Shown here: piece after piece, positions 45,552-54,907 of the stretch
How positions within the stretch are numbered: position 1 is the stretch's first letter
Layout of the letters: every line of letters begins with the position of its first letter
Source: Candidatus Dormiibacterota bacterium
GTDB taxonomy: Bacteria; Chloroflexota; Dormibacteria; Dormibacterales; Dormibacteraceae
Direction of reading: 5' to 3'
Length of the DNA: 64,000 nt
Assembly: GCA_035934385.1 (NCBI GenBank)
Contig: DASYXY010000030.1
Coordinates: 374-64,373, forward strand
Notes under the pieces: generated by a model
Database searches by the model: none
What the model was told of the DNA's origin: nothing
Seen by the model: the letters and a program-made list of their open reading frames with translations, nothing else
Translations under genes and position numbers: made by a program

Positions 45552-48028
45552 CTCCCGAGGCTCCGCTGACCCCGGTCATGAGGCAGTACCGGGAAGCGAA
45601 GCGTCAGCACCCCGACGGGATACTGCTGTTCAGGCTCGGCGACTTCTACGAGATCTTCTTCGAGGACGCGGTCACGGCGGCGCCGATCATGGGCGTGACG
45701 CTCACCTCGCGTCCGCTTGGCAAGTCCGGGCGCGCGCCGATGTGTGGCGTGCCGCACCACGCGTGGCAGGGTTATGTCGGCAAGCTCCTGCGGGCGGGTC
45801 ACAAGGTTGTGATCTGCGACCAGCTCGAGGCGCCATCCGGCAAGGCGGTCGTGAAACGCGACATCACGCGCGTGCTGACGCCGGGCACCGTGGTCGAGGA
45901 CGCGTACCTGGAGCCCGTACGCGCCAACTACCTGGTGGCGGCGTGGACGCGCGGCGGTCAGGCCGGCCTCGCCGCGTGCGATGTGTCGACGGGCGAGCTG
46001 TTGCTTTGCCAGATGCCGGAGGAGCGGCTCACCTCCGAGCTCCAGCGCTTGGCGCCTTCGGAGCTGCTGACCCCACCCGAAATCGAGGAGTACCGATTCG
46101 ATCCGGACCGCGGCAAGCAGCGCCTGAAGGACCTCCTGGGGATCGCTTACCCGGCTTCAGTCGGCGCAGCCGAAGCGCCGCTGGCGATTGGCGCTGCTGG
46201 GGTCGTGCTCGAATACCTCAAATCCAACCAGGCCCGCGTCGGGCCCGAGCTCCTGACGGTCCGCACTTATTCGCCCGACGCGACGATGCCGCTGGACGCG
46301 GCCACTGTTCGCAACCTGGAGCTGCCGGCGCTGATCAACCTTGTCGATCACTCCGCGACGGCGATCGGCGCCCGACGCCTGCGCGAATGGATCGGTGCAC
46401 CGCTGCGTGATGCCGAGTCGATCGAGCTTCGCCTGGCCGCGGTCGCCGAGCTCGTCGCCAGCCCAGCGTCGCGCGAAGCCATCCACCATGCGATGAAAGG
46501 CGTTGGCGACCTGCAGCGTCTCATCGCGCGCGCCGCGCACGGGCGCGCCGGCGCGCGAGAGCTCGTTGCGCTGAGACGCTCACTGGAAGCGCTGCCTGGT
46601 GTCCAGAGCTCGGTTGCGGGCTGCGAGTCGCTCGTGCTGCGCGAGCACGCGGACGAGATCGGCCCGGCACCAGAACTTGCGAGCGTCCTCCAGGCAGCTT
46701 TGGTGGAAGACGCGCCCACGTCACGAGACGGCGGTGCAATCAAGCCGGGCTTTGACCCGGAGCTGGACGGCGTGCGTGACGCGTCACGGGCCGCACGCGA
46801 ATGGATCGCGTCACTGGAAGCGGCCGAGCGTGCCCGCACCGGCATTCGGACTCTGAAGGTCGGCTTCAACAAAGTCTTCGGCTACTACATCGAGGTCAGC
46901 CACGCCAACACCGCCGCCATACCTGACAACTACACCCGGAAGCAGACCCTTTCGACCGCGGAGCGTTACGTGACCGCCGAGCTCCGGGAGAAGGAAGCGG
47001 TCGTGCTCAGCGCTCGGGAGAAAATGAATGCTCGGGAGCTCGAGATCCTGCGCGAGCTGGGCGAGCGGGTCGCCGCGCTGGGCCCACAGCTGCGCGCGAC
47101 AGCAATGGCGGTCGGGGCGATCGATGCGCTCGTAAGCCTCGCAACCGCCGCGGAGAAGCTCGGCTGGCGGCGCCCAGAGGTGAACGCGGGCACCAGGCTC
47201 GTCATCAGAGCAGGCCGCCACCCGCTGGTCGAGCAGGCACTGCCCGCAGGGGTGTTCGTGGCCAACGATCTGGAGCTAGACCCCGACTCAGAGCAGATCG
47301 TCATCCTCACCGGACCGAACATGGCCGGGAAGTCAACCTACCTGCGCCAGTCGGCGCTGATCGTCCTGCTTGCGCAGTGCGGCAGCTTCGTGCCCGCCGA
47401 GCGCGCGATGGTCGGGCTGGCCGATCGAATCTTCACCCGGGTCGGCGCTCATGACGACATCACCTCTGGGATGTCTACGTTCATGGTCGAGATGACCGAG
47501 ACCGCTTACATCCTCAACCACGCAACGAAGTCTTCACTCGTGATCCTCGACGAGGTGGGGAGGGGGACGTCGACTTATGACGGCGTCTCCATCGCTCAAG
47601 CCGTGGTCGAGCACCTGCACGAATCGCCACGCCTCGGTTGTCGCACGCTTTTCGCAACCCACTATCACGAACTCACGGCCCTCGCTGATCGCCTGCCACG
47701 TGTACGCAACGAGCGTGTGGAGGTGCTGGAAGAGGGCGAAGCCGTGCGCTTCCTGCACCGCGTGGTACCGGGCGGCGCCGACCGGTCCTACGGAATACAC
47801 GTAGCGGCGCTCGCGGGTCTTCCGGCGGCGGTCATCGCCCGTGCCCGCGACGTCCTGACCGAGCTGGAGCGCCAGCGCCCGCTCGAGCCCGCGGAGCTGC
47901 AGCTGGGCCTGCCCATGGAGATGGCGCCGGATCCTCTCCGCAAGGAGCTCGAGGAGCTCGAACCTGATTCGCTGAGCCCCCTGGAGGCGCTGCAGAAGCT
48001 CTATGAGCTGCGCGCGAAGCTGCACTGA
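45548..48028 (+). CDS. mutS: DNA mismatch repair protein MutS
   Basis: TPVMRQYREAK..., GPNMAGKSTYLRQ, DEVGRGTSTYDG. GTGA overlap with miaB. Confidence 0.95.
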   Translation: MTPEAPLTPVMRQYREAKRQHPDGILLFRLGDFYEIFFEDAVTAAPIMGVTLTSRPLGKSGRAPMCGVPHHAWQGYVGKLLRAGHKVVICDQLEAPSGKAVVKRDITRVLTPGTVVEDAYLEPVRANYLVAAWTRGGQAGLAACDVSTGELLLCQMPEERLTSELQRLAPSELLTPPEIEEYRFDPDRGKQRLKDLLGIAYPASVGAAEAPLAIGAAGVVLEYLKSNQARVGPELLTVRTYSPDATMPLDAATVRNLELPALINLVDHSATAIGARRLREWIGAPLRDAESIELRLAAVAELVASPASREAIHHAMKGVGDLQRLIARAAHGRAGARELVALRRSLEALPGVQSSVAGCESLVLREHADEIGPAPELASVLQAALVEDAPTSRDGGAIKPGFDPELDGVRDASRAAREWIASLEAAERARTGIRTLKVGFNKVFGYYIEVSHANTAAIPDNYTRKQTLSTAERYVTAELREKEAVVLSAREKMNARELEILRELGERVAALGPQLRATAMAVGAIDALVSLATAAEKLGWRRPEVNAGTRLVIRAGRHPLVEQALPAGVFVANDLELDPDSEQIVILTGPNMAGKSTYLRQSALIVLLAQCGSFVPAERAMVGLADRIFTRVGAHDDITSGMSTFMVEMTETAYILNHATKSSLVILDEVGRGTSTYDGVSIAQAVVEHLHESPRLGCRTLFATHYHELTALADRLPRVRNERVEVLEEGEAVRFLHRVVPGGADRSYGIHVAALAGLPAAVIARARDVLTELERQRPLEPAELQLGLPMEMAPDPLRKELEELEPDSLSPLEALQKLYELRAKLH

Positions 48029-49689
48029 TGAGCCGAATCCAGCAGCTGCCGCAGGAGGTCGCGGACGCGATCGCCGCCGGTGAGGTGATCGAGCGACCGG
48101 CATCTGTGGTGAAAGAGCTGATCGAGAACGCCCTGGACGCGGATGCACTCCGCATCACGGTCGACGTGCGCGGTGCGGGGCGGACATCGATCCGCGTCAA
48201 CGACGACGGTTCCGGCATCGCGGCGCCCGAGCTCGAGCTCGCCTTCCTTCGTCACGCGACCAGCAAGGTCGCCACGCTGCCCGACCTGGCCGCGATCACC
48301 ACGCTCGGGTTTCGAGGCGAGGCGCTCGCGAGCATCGCCGCGGTCGCCGACGTCGAATGCGCGAGCGGCGGCTCGCGCATCCACATTCGCGCCGGTGAGG
48401 TGATTGAGAAAGGCGCGGGACCCCTGCTGCCCGGCGTCAACATCGAGGTCAGAGACCTGTTCGCCAACGTTCCCGCCCGGCTGAAGTTCCTGAAGTCCGA
48501 CGCGACCGAGGTCGCGGCGATCAGGGACACGGTGTCGTCATACGCGCTGCTTCACCCGCATGTGAAGTTCCAGCTCACGATCGACGGCCGGTCGGCGCTC
48601 AGCACATCAGGAGATGGAGACAGGCGTCGCGCGTCAGCCGCGGTGCACGGCGGCGCGGTGGCGGCGGAGATGCTCGAGATCGTCGGTCTGCCGCTGATCA
48701 AGGGCATCGTCTCGCAGCCGCGCGTGAGTCGCGGCAGCCGGGATTGGATTGTCCTGGCGGTGAATGCGCGCCCCATCGCGTCGCGGACGCTCCTGTACGC
48801 GCTCGAGGAGTGCTACCAGGGACGCCTCGAGCGAGGCCGCCACCCAGTGGCGGTGCTCGACATCGGCATCGACCCCGAGTTGGTTGACGTCAACGTGCAC
48901 CCGGCCAAGCGCGAGGTCCGGTTTCGAGACGAGAACGCGGTGTTCGCCGCGGTCCAGCGAGCTGTGCGCGCCGCGCTGGGTGGCAGCGAGCCGTTCTTCT
49001 ACCGCCCCCCGGCGGCGGCGGCGGCGATGATGAGTACGTTCAGCGTTGGCGGCGGTCAGACACCCGCTGCGCTCTCCGGCGTGGCCGTGCAGGACGTGGT
49101 GACGCGCGAGGCTCCCACCGAGGCGCCGCTGCGACCGCTGGGCCAGATCGGCGAGGGCTACATCGTGGCCGAAGGCGCGCAAGGGCTCGTGCTCGTGGAT
49201 CAGCACGCTGCTCATGAGCGCATCCTCTACAACCGGCTGGTCGCGCGACTGCGTGATGGAAGAGGCATGACGCAGCCGCTCCTCATGCCCGCCGCGATCG
49301 ACGTCGAGCCGGCCTTGATGGCGGCCGCGGCGGACCACGCCAGCGAGCTGGCGGCGCTTGGCCTGGAGCTGGAAGAGTTCGGGCCGCGCAGTCTGCGCAT
49401 CACGTCGATTCCCACCGAGATGCCGGTGAGCCGCGCCACCAAGGCCGTGCAGGAGACGCTGGGGGCGCTCGCGGAGAATCGCTCCGACAACGCCATCCAG
49501 CAAGCTGCAGCCGAGCTCGCGTGCCACTCCGCAGTCCGGTTCGGTGACGTCCTGGACATGGCCGAGCAGCGCCGCCTTCTTACCGATCTGGAGCAGGCCG
49601 AGGATTCGATCACGTGTCCGCACGGTCGGCCCACGCGCTTGCTGGTGGACTGGCAGGAGCTGAAGCGGCACTTCCGGCGGAACTACTGA
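48028..49689 (+). CDS. mutL: DNA mismatch repair protein MutL
   Basis: IAAGEVIERPASVVKELIENALDA, GFRGEAL. The C-terminal domain has a CPHGRP motif. Confidence 0.9.
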   Translation: MSRIQQLPQEVADAIAAGEVIERPASVVKELIENALDADALRITVDVRGAGRTSIRVNDDGSGIAAPELELAFLRHATSKVATLPDLAAITTLGFRGEALASIAAVADVECASGGSRIHIRAGEVIEKGAGPLLPGVNIEVRDLFANVPARLKFLKSDATEVAAIRDTVSSYALLHPHVKFQLTIDGRSALSTSGDGDRRRASAAVHGGAVAAEMLEIVGLPLIKGIVSQPRVSRGSRDWIVLAVNARPIASRTLLYALEECYQGRLERGRHPVAVLDIGIDPELVDVNVHPAKREVRFRDENAVFAAVQRAVRAALGGSEPFFYRPPAAAAAMMSTFSVGGGQTPAALSGVAVQDVVTREAPTEAPLRPLGQIGEGYIVAEGAQGLVLVDQHAAHERILYNRLVARLRDGRGMTQPLLMPAAIDVEPALMAAAADHASELAALGLELEEFGPRSLRITSIPTEMPVSRATKAVQETLGALAENRSDNAIQQAAAELACHSAVRFGDVLDMAEQRRLLTDLEQAEDSITCPHGRPTRLLVDWQELKRHFRRNY

Positions 49690-50579
49690 CAGGTCGACCC
49701 GTCGTCGTCGTCGTCGGGCCGACGGGCATCGGCAAGACGTCCGTCGCGTTCCAGCTGGCCCTACGTCTCAACGGCGAGGTGGTGGTGGCCGACTCACGCC
49801 AGGTGTACGAAATGCTGGACATCGCGACCAACAAGCCTTCACCCGATCAGCGACGGCAGGTCCACTACCACATGATCGACTTCGTCGATCCGAAGCTCAC
49901 GTTCAACGCAGCGCAGTATGTGGAGGGTGCGCGCGCCGCCATTGACAACATCATGGGTCGGGGCAGAACGCCGATCGTCGAAGGCGGCACGATGCTGTAT
50001 GTCGACGCGCTGACCGAAGGCTTCAGCCTGGCCGGCGTGCCGCCGAACCCCGATCTGCGGAAGGAGCTCGAGCTGCTCGATGCAGCCGCGATGCGTGACC
50101 GCCTGCTCGCCCTCGATCCCGATCCTGGGGTCGACCTCCAGAACCCTGTTCGCATGATCCGCGCGATCGAGTTACTGGAAGCGGTTGGTCCGCCATTGAG
50201 GCAGCTGCGCCGGCGCAAGGCACCTCCGTGGCCCGTTGTGCGAATCGGGTTGACAACCGGGCTCGACGTCATCGACCGGCGACTCGCTGAGCGCAGCCGG
50301 TCGCAGGTCGAGCGAGGGCTCATCGCCGAGACCACTGCAGCACTCAAAGCCGGCGTTCCTGAAAGCGCGGCCGTGATGACGGGTATCGGCTATGCAGAGG
50401 CGCTTGCCCATATCCGCGGTGAGGTCAGCATGGAAGACCTGCCGCAGGTGATGGCGGCGTCGAATCGCCGATACGCGCGCAGGCAGTTGCGATGGTGGCG
50501 GCGGGACCAACGCATCAGGTGGTTCGAGATCGAGCCCGACCCGGTGCCCGCTATCCTCAGCTACGTTGAGAACAACTAA
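49686..50579 (+). CDS. miaA: tRNA dimethylallyltransferase MiaA (start CTG 49686 or GTG 49614)
   Basis: P-loop VVVVVGPTGIGKTS, DSRQVY. CTG 49686 overlaps the mutL stop as CTGA and gives a typical short N-terminus. GTG 49614 would overlap mutL by 76 nt. Confidence 0.9.
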   Translation: MTGRPVVVVVGPTGIGKTSVAFQLALRLNGEVVVADSRQVYEMLDIATNKPSPDQRRQVHYHMIDFVDPKLTFNAAQYVEGARAAIDNIMGRGRTPIVEGGTMLYVDALTEGFSLAGVPPNPDLRKELELLDAAAMRDRLLALDPDPGVDLQNPVRMIRAIELLEAVGPPLRQLRRRKAPPWPVVRIGLTTGLDVIDRRLAERSRSQVERGLIAETTAALKAGVPESAAVMTGIGYAEALAHIRGEVSMEDLPQVMAASNRRYARRQLRWWRRDQRIRWFEIEPDPVPAILSYVENN

Positions 50580-51741
50580 GGCCGCGGGCGCCAAGCGACT
50601 AGGGCTGATACCGCCATATCTCTTCGCCGAGATCGACCGTAAGGTCCAGGAAAAGAGGCGAGCCGGGATCGACGTCATCTCGCTCGGCATCGGCGATCCC
50701 GACCTGCCCACGCCGAGGCGGATCGTCAGCGTCCTGCAGGAGGCCGCGGCCGACCCCGACAACCATCGCTATGCGTCGTACTTCGGCCTGGCCGAACTGC
50801 GCGGCGCGATCGCCAACTGGTACCGCGATCGTTTCAGTGTCGGCCTCGACCCACACACAGAGGTGCTGCCGACGCTCGGCTCCAAGGACGGCATCAGTCA
50901 CGTTCCGCTGGCGCTGGTCGATCCGGGTGACGTCGTGCTGGCGCCGGACCCTGGCTACACCGTGTACGTCACGGGCGCGCTCATGGCCGGGGCCGAGCCG
51001 TACACGATGCCGCTGACGCACGAGAACGATTGGCTGCCTGACCTGGACGCGATCCCAGCAGACGTTGCGCAGCGAGCGCGACTGATGTGGCTCAACTACC
51101 CGAACAACCCCACCGCGGCGGTCGCCGGCAAGGAGTTCCTGACCCGAGCTGTGGATTTCTGTCGCGAGCACGGGATCGTTCTGTGCCACGACGCGCCGTA
51201 CTCCGAGATCGCATTCGACGGCTATCGACCGCTGAGCCTGTTCGAGATTCCAGGCGCGAAAGACATCGGCCTCGAGTTTCATTCGCTCTCCAAGACCTTC
51301 AACATGACCGGCTGGAGACTTGGTTGGGTTTGCGGACGCGCCGACCTGGTTGCCTTGATCGGACAGCTGAAGACCAACATCGACTCCGGGATCTTCCAGG
51401 CCGTGCAGTGGGCCGGCATCGAAGCCCTGAACGGTGGGGAGGAGGAGACGCGGGCCGCGTGCGAGGTCTACGCGCGCCGTCACCGCCTGGTGGCCGACAC
51501 GCTCAACACTCTGGGCTGGAACATCACGCCCCCGCGCGCGACCTTCTATGTATGGGCGCCAGTCCCGCGCGGATATGACTCGATCGGATTCGCATCGCAC
51601 GTGCTGGATGAGGTGGGCGTCAACATCACACCCGGTGTTGGCTTTGGATCGCACGGCGAAGGCTACTTCCGCCTGTCGGTCACTGCCGCGGATTCACGCC
51701 TTGCCGAGGCGATGAAACGGATGGAGAAGCTTCGTCTCTGA
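50566..51741 (+). CDS. dapL: class I/II aminotransferase, LL-diaminopimelate aminotransferase-like
   Basis: PPYLFAEIDRK..., NYPNNPT, and SLSKTFNMTGWRLGW (PLP lysine) are typical of the DapL-type subgroup. Confidence 0.75.
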   Translation: MRTTKAAGAKRLGLIPPYLFAEIDRKVQEKRRAGIDVISLGIGDPDLPTPRRIVSVLQEAAADPDNHRYASYFGLAELRGAIANWYRDRFSVGLDPHTEVLPTLGSKDGISHVPLALVDPGDVVLAPDPGYTVYVTGALMAGAEPYTMPLTHENDWLPDLDAIPADVAQRARLMWLNYPNNPTAAVAGKEFLTRAVDFCREHGIVLCHDAPYSEIAFDGYRPLSLFEIPGAKDIGLEFHSLSKTFNMTGWRLGWVCGRADLVALIGQLKTNIDSGIFQAVQWAGIEALNGGEEETRAACEVYARRHRLVADTLNTLGWNITPPRATFYVWAPVPRGYDSIGFASHVLDEVGVNITPGVGFGSHGEGYFRLSVTAADSRLAEAMKRMEKLRL

Positions 51742-53087
51742 TCGCCACTAGAAAACCTCGCGAGAGGGCGTACCTGGTCGGGATCGTGCTCCCGGGCGCC
51801 ACGGAAGACGTGGTGCGGGAGCAGATGTCAGAGCTCGCGGAGCTCGCGCGCACGGCCGGCGCCGAGGTCGTTGGCACTGACCTCCAGCGCCGCTCCGAGA
51901 TCGAGCCGTCGCATTTCATCGGCGCTGGAAAGGTCGACACGCTGCGCGAGATGGTGCTCGAGGGCGCATTCGACATGCTCGTGTGCAACGAGGATCTGAG
52001 CCCACGACAGCAGCGCAACCTCGAGGGTTCGCTTAAGGTCCGCGTGTTCGATCGCACCGAGGTCATCCTCGAGATCTTCGCCCTGCATGCGCGGACGCAC
52101 GAGGGTCGTCTCCAGGTCGAGGCGGCGCGACTGCATCACCTGCTGCCCCGCCTGATCGGCGCCTACTCATACGACCGCCAGGTCGGCGGCATGCGTGGTG
52201 GTGTGGGCGCGCGTGGTGGCCCAGGAGAGCAGCAGATCGAGACCGAGCGCCGGCGCATCCGCAAGCGGATCCGTGACCTGGATCGCGAGATCGAGCAGGT
52301 GCGTGGCCAGCGCCAGCAGCAGCGCACGGGCCGGCGACGCGCGGAGCTGCAGACCGCAGCGATCGTCGGCTACACCAATGCCGGCAAGTCGACGCTTCTC
52401 AACGCACTTACCGGCGCACGCGTGCGCGCGGAGCACAAGCTCTTTGCCACCCTCGACCCGACCACTCGCCGGCTCGACCTGCCCACCGGCCGGCAGGTGC
52501 TGTTGACCGACACCGTCGGTTTCATCCAGAAGCTGCCCACCGACCTCGTCGCGGCATTCCGAGCCACGCTCGAAGAGGTCACCCAGGCCGACATCGTCAT
52601 CCAGGTGCTCGACGCGAGCTCGCCCGCGGTGAAGGACCAGGCCGCGACCGTGGAGAAGGAGCTGGCCGAGCTGGGCGCCGAGGGCAAGCCGAGAGTGGTG
52701 GCGCTGAACAAGGTCGACCTGCTCGGTCCGGCGCAGCGACGCCGAGTGGTCGCGGCGGTGGCCGAGCGCTACCCGGCGGTGGTTGCGATCTCCGCCATCA
52801 ATCGTGGTGGCTTCGCGCCGCTGCTGGCGGCGATCGACGGGGCGAGCCGTGGCGAGACCGTCAGTCTCGAGCTCCTCGTGCCGTACGGCAGCGAGAGCGT
52901 GCTGGCTTCACTCCGCCGGATCGGCGGGGTGGAAAAGACCGAGTACGACGACCGGGGCACCCGCGCCTGGGGCTGGGCCCCCCGCCACGCCGCCGCCCGC
53001 TTTGAGCCCTACAGGAGCCCTACAAGCGTCTCCGCTGGGGTCAGCGGAACATCCGGATCACGCCGCGGACGACGCCGACAAGGCTGA
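51738..53087 (+). CDS. hflX: GTPase HflX, non-canonical CTG start
   Basis: The conserved N-terminus ERAYLVGIV lies upstream of the first canonical start (GTG 51786). CTG 51738 overlaps the dapL stop as CTGA. G domain GYTNAGKSTLLNALTG, DTVGF, NKVD. Confidence 0.9.
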   Translation: MIATRKPRERAYLVGIVLPGATEDVVREQMSELAELARTAGAEVVGTDLQRRSEIEPSHFIGAGKVDTLREMVLEGAFDMLVCNEDLSPRQQRNLEGSLKVRVFDRTEVILEIFALHARTHEGRLQVEAARLHHLLPRLIGAYSYDRQVGGMRGGVGARGGPGEQQIETERRRIRKRIRDLDREIEQVRGQRQQQRTGRRRAELQTAAIVGYTNAGKSTLLNALTGARVRAEHKLFATLDPTTRRLDLPTGRQVLLTDTVGFIQKLPTDLVAAFRATLEEVTQADIVIQVLDASSPAVKDQAATVEKELAELGAEGKPRVVALNKVDLLGPAQRRRVVAAVAERYPAVVAISAINRGGFAPLLAAIDGASRGETVSLELLVPYGSESVLASLRRIGGVEKTEYDDRGTRAWGWAPRHAAARFEPYRSPTSVSAGVSGTSGSRRGRRRQG

Positions 53088-53667
53088 CATTGCTGGTGAC
53101 GATCGGCTCGTAGGCCGGGTTCTCGGCGATGAGCTTGACGTGGCCGTTGCCTCGCTCGAAGCGCTTGACCGTGGCGTCGTTGTCGACCAAGGCGACGACG
53201 ATCGTCCCGTTGGTCGCCTCCTGCTGCGGCTTCACGAGCACCAGGTCGCCGTCGAGGATGCCGGCGTTGATCATGCTGTCGCCCCGCACCCGCAGGAGGA
53301 AGAACCCGTCCTGGGCCAGTTCGGCCGAGAGGAGGACATGGTCCTCGATGTTCTGCTCGGCGAGGATAGGGGCGCCGGCGGCGACGTGGCCGACGATGGG
53401 CACCGAGACCGCGTTGCGGCGCTGCTTGTCGACGCCCTCGTCCTGCACGAGCTGAACCGTGCGCGACTTGCTGGGGTCACGCCTGATCAGGCCGCGGCGT
53501 TCGAGCTGGTTCAGGTGGTTGTGGACGGTGGAGCTGGAGCTCAAGCCCACCGCCTCGCCGATCTCACGCACGCTCGGGGGGTAGTTGCGAACCTTGTTCT
53601 GGTAGCGGATGTACTCGAGGATCCTGGCCTGCCGGTCGGTTAGTTGATCGGTCAATTTGGATGTCAT
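53041..53667 (-). CDS. lexA: LexA repressor
   Basis: ATG 53667 gives MTSKLTDQLTDRQARILEYI...PPSVREIGEAVGL. Contains the cleavage site VAAG and the S24 peptidase motifs GDSM and K(RFE). Confidence 0.9.
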   Translation of the reverse strand: MTSKLTDQLTDRQARILEYIRYQNKVRNYPPSVREIGEAVGLSSSSTVHNHLNQLERRGLIRRDPSKSRTVQLVQDEGVDKQRRNAVSVPIVGHVAAGAPILAEQNIEDHVLLSAELAQDGFFLLRVRGDSMINAGILDGDLVLVKPQQEATNGTIVVALVDNDATVKRFERGNGHVKLIAENPAYEPIVTSNVSLVGVVRGVIRMFR

Positions 53668-53707
53668 CTCCGTGTGGTTTTGAAGTTCCGGGAGGTCAAC
53701 CGGGGCC

Positions 53708-53747
53708 ATGCTAGCACGCCGGCCACCGGAGTGCAAACCTTTGTTCG
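53708..53747 (-). promoter_or_regulatory. lexA promoter with overlapping near-consensus LexA box
   Basis: Minus strand: TTGCAC (53736-53731) - 17 nt - TAGCAT (53713-53708). CGAACAAAGGTTTG (53747-53734, one mismatch) overlaps the -35. Confidence 0.55.
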
Positions 53748-53752
53748 ATGTC

Positions 53753-53797
53753 TTGACAACCGAACGCCCGTTCGCTATGGTACCGAACGCATGTACG
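53753..53797 (+). promoter_or_regulatory. SOS-controlled promoter of the LysM gene: two LexA boxes
   Basis: TTGACA (53753-53758) - 17 nt - TATGGT (53776-53781). A perfect CGAACGCCCGTTCG (53761-53774) fills the spacer. A second box, CGAACGCATGTACG (53784-53797), covers the ATG. Only 9 nt separate the -10 from the ATG. Confidence 0.7.
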
Positions 53798-54111
53798 CCG
53801 CCGGACTTGCCACCCGACCCCTGCGCTCCGCTCACCGCGGTGGCGGCCGCGTGCACGGGCTCGGGCGCTGGGTGCTGGTGACGGGCGCGCTGCTAGGAGC
53901 GAGCCTGGCGCTGGCGCGGGTGGCTGCCGGCGATACGGCGCCCGTGCAACGGGTGGTGGTGCAGCCTGGCGACACTCTGTGGTCGATCGCGGCTGCCCGC
54001 TACCCGGCTGACGACCCACGCGAGCGGGTGGACGCCATCGAGAGGCTGAACGGGCTGGCAAGCCCGACGATCGTGGTGGGGGAGACTCTGCTTCTGCCGC
54101 CCGGCACCTGA
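53791..54111 (+). CDS. membrane-anchored LysM-domain protein (ChiZ-like position, divergent from lexA)
   Basis: ATG 53791. TM segment WVLVTGALLGASLALA, then LysM VVVQPGDTLWSIAAARY...IERLNGL...IVVGETLLLP. Confidence 0.8.
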   Translation: MYAAGLATRPLRSAHRGGGRVHGLGRWVLVTGALLGASLALARVAAGDTAPVQRVVVQPGDTLWSIAAARYPADDPRERVDAIERLNGLASPTIVVGETLLLPPGT

Positions 54112-54132
54112 CCCCTCGTTAGGATCGGCGCC

Positions 54133-54381
54133 ATGGTTGATGTCGTCCTGGTCACGCGTAAGGGTTGTCACCTCTGCGACGACGCCCTCCGCCTCCTCCG
54201 CGAGCTTGGCGTCGAGCCTCACCTCGCCGACGTTGATGCCGACCACGCGCTGTTCCAGCGCTACGACTGGCGCGTCCCCGTGGTGCTGGTTGATGGCGTG
54301 CCAGCGGCCGAGGGACTGATCACCCGCGCCCAGCTGCTGGCGGTCTTTGGCCGGTCGGGAGGGGGTCCGAACGCCGCCTGA
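54133..54381 (+). CDS. glutaredoxin-like protein (DUF836/YruB type)
   Basis: 82 aa, VVLVTRKGCHLCDDA (CxxC) ... VPVVLVDG. Confidence 0.75.
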   Translation: MVDVVLVTRKGCHLCDDALRLLRELGVEPHLADVDADHALFQRYDWRVPVVLVDGVPAAEGLITRAQLLAVFGRSGGGPNAA

Positions 54382-54445
54382 CCCCACAGGCAATGCTTTC
54401 GATAATGACTGCTAAAGAAAGCCTGAGTTCGAGCGGGGATCCGTT

Positions 54446-54503
54446 CGTTTGTATACAAACGAGTTGAACAGTGGCCTCTGAATTGCGCCTTTGTATACAA
54501 ACG
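54446..54503. repeat. two copies of an AT-rich palindrome 42 bp apart
   Basis: CGTTTGTATACAAACG (54446-54461, perfect 16-bp palindrome) and TTTGTATACAAACG (54490-54503). They lie in the convergent gap between the glutaredoxin-like gene and the 121-aa SOS gene, in the most AT-rich patch of the window. Confidence 0.9.
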
Positions 54504-54530
54504 CCGAGATTCGCATCGAGCGGGCTCCGG

Positions 54531-54896
54531 TCAGGCCGAGCGCTCCAGGACCGGCTGGGCGTCAAGTCCCCGCAGGAACACCTCGAGCGGCAGCGCCGCC
54601 GATTCGAAGTCGGCTCGCAGCAGCTCGAGGTCGGCGCCAGCCTGGTTCAGGCCGGCGATGGCCAGCTCGGCCGTGCGCAGCGCCTGGTCGACGTAGCCCA
54701 CCAGAGCCTCCTCAGGCCGCCCGGCGGCCGCCTCGCCGTCCCAGGCTTCCCGGACGCCCTCGGCCAGGCTCTGGAGCCTGGAGACGCCGCTGATGGCCAG
54801 CGAGCGCTCGGACGGTTCCGCCAGCAGGCGGTCGACGACCTCCGCAAACGTGCGGAGCAGCCGCCGCAAACGGACCTGGGTCGCCAGCGTACGCAT
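54531..54896 (-). CDS. hypothetical all-helical 121-aa protein, LexA-controlled
   Basis: Strong GC3 on the minus strand, Ala/Leu/Glu/Arg-rich. No family recognised. SOS promoter directly upstream. Confidence 0.6.
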   Translation of the reverse strand: MRTLATQVRLRRLLRTFAEVVDRLLAEPSERSLAISGVSRLQSLAEGVREAWDGEAAAGRPEEALVGYVDQALRTAELAIAGLNQAGADLELLRADFESAALPLEVFLRGLDAQPVLERSA

Positions 54897-54907
54897 GTTC
54901 GAGATGT

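Noticed and set aside
49701-49715. (GTC)5 trinucleotide repeat
   Set aside because: It encodes the VVVVV beta-strand leading into the MiaA P-loop. It is not a repeat element or a slippage-type contingency tract as far as can be judged.
53041-53087. 47-nt convergent overlap between the 3' ends of hflX and lexA
   Set aside because: It probably reflects a poorly conserved Arg/Gly-rich HflX tail running to the first stop. There is no independent evidence of regulatory antisense function.
54446-54503. Whether the paired palindromes are a dif (XerCD) site or a canonical parS
   Set aside because: dif sites, as I recall them, have ATAA/TTAT arms around a 6-bp spacer, and those are absent here. parS requires a CACGTG core, whereas this one is GTATAC. 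The element is kept as an unexplained repeat rather than called either.
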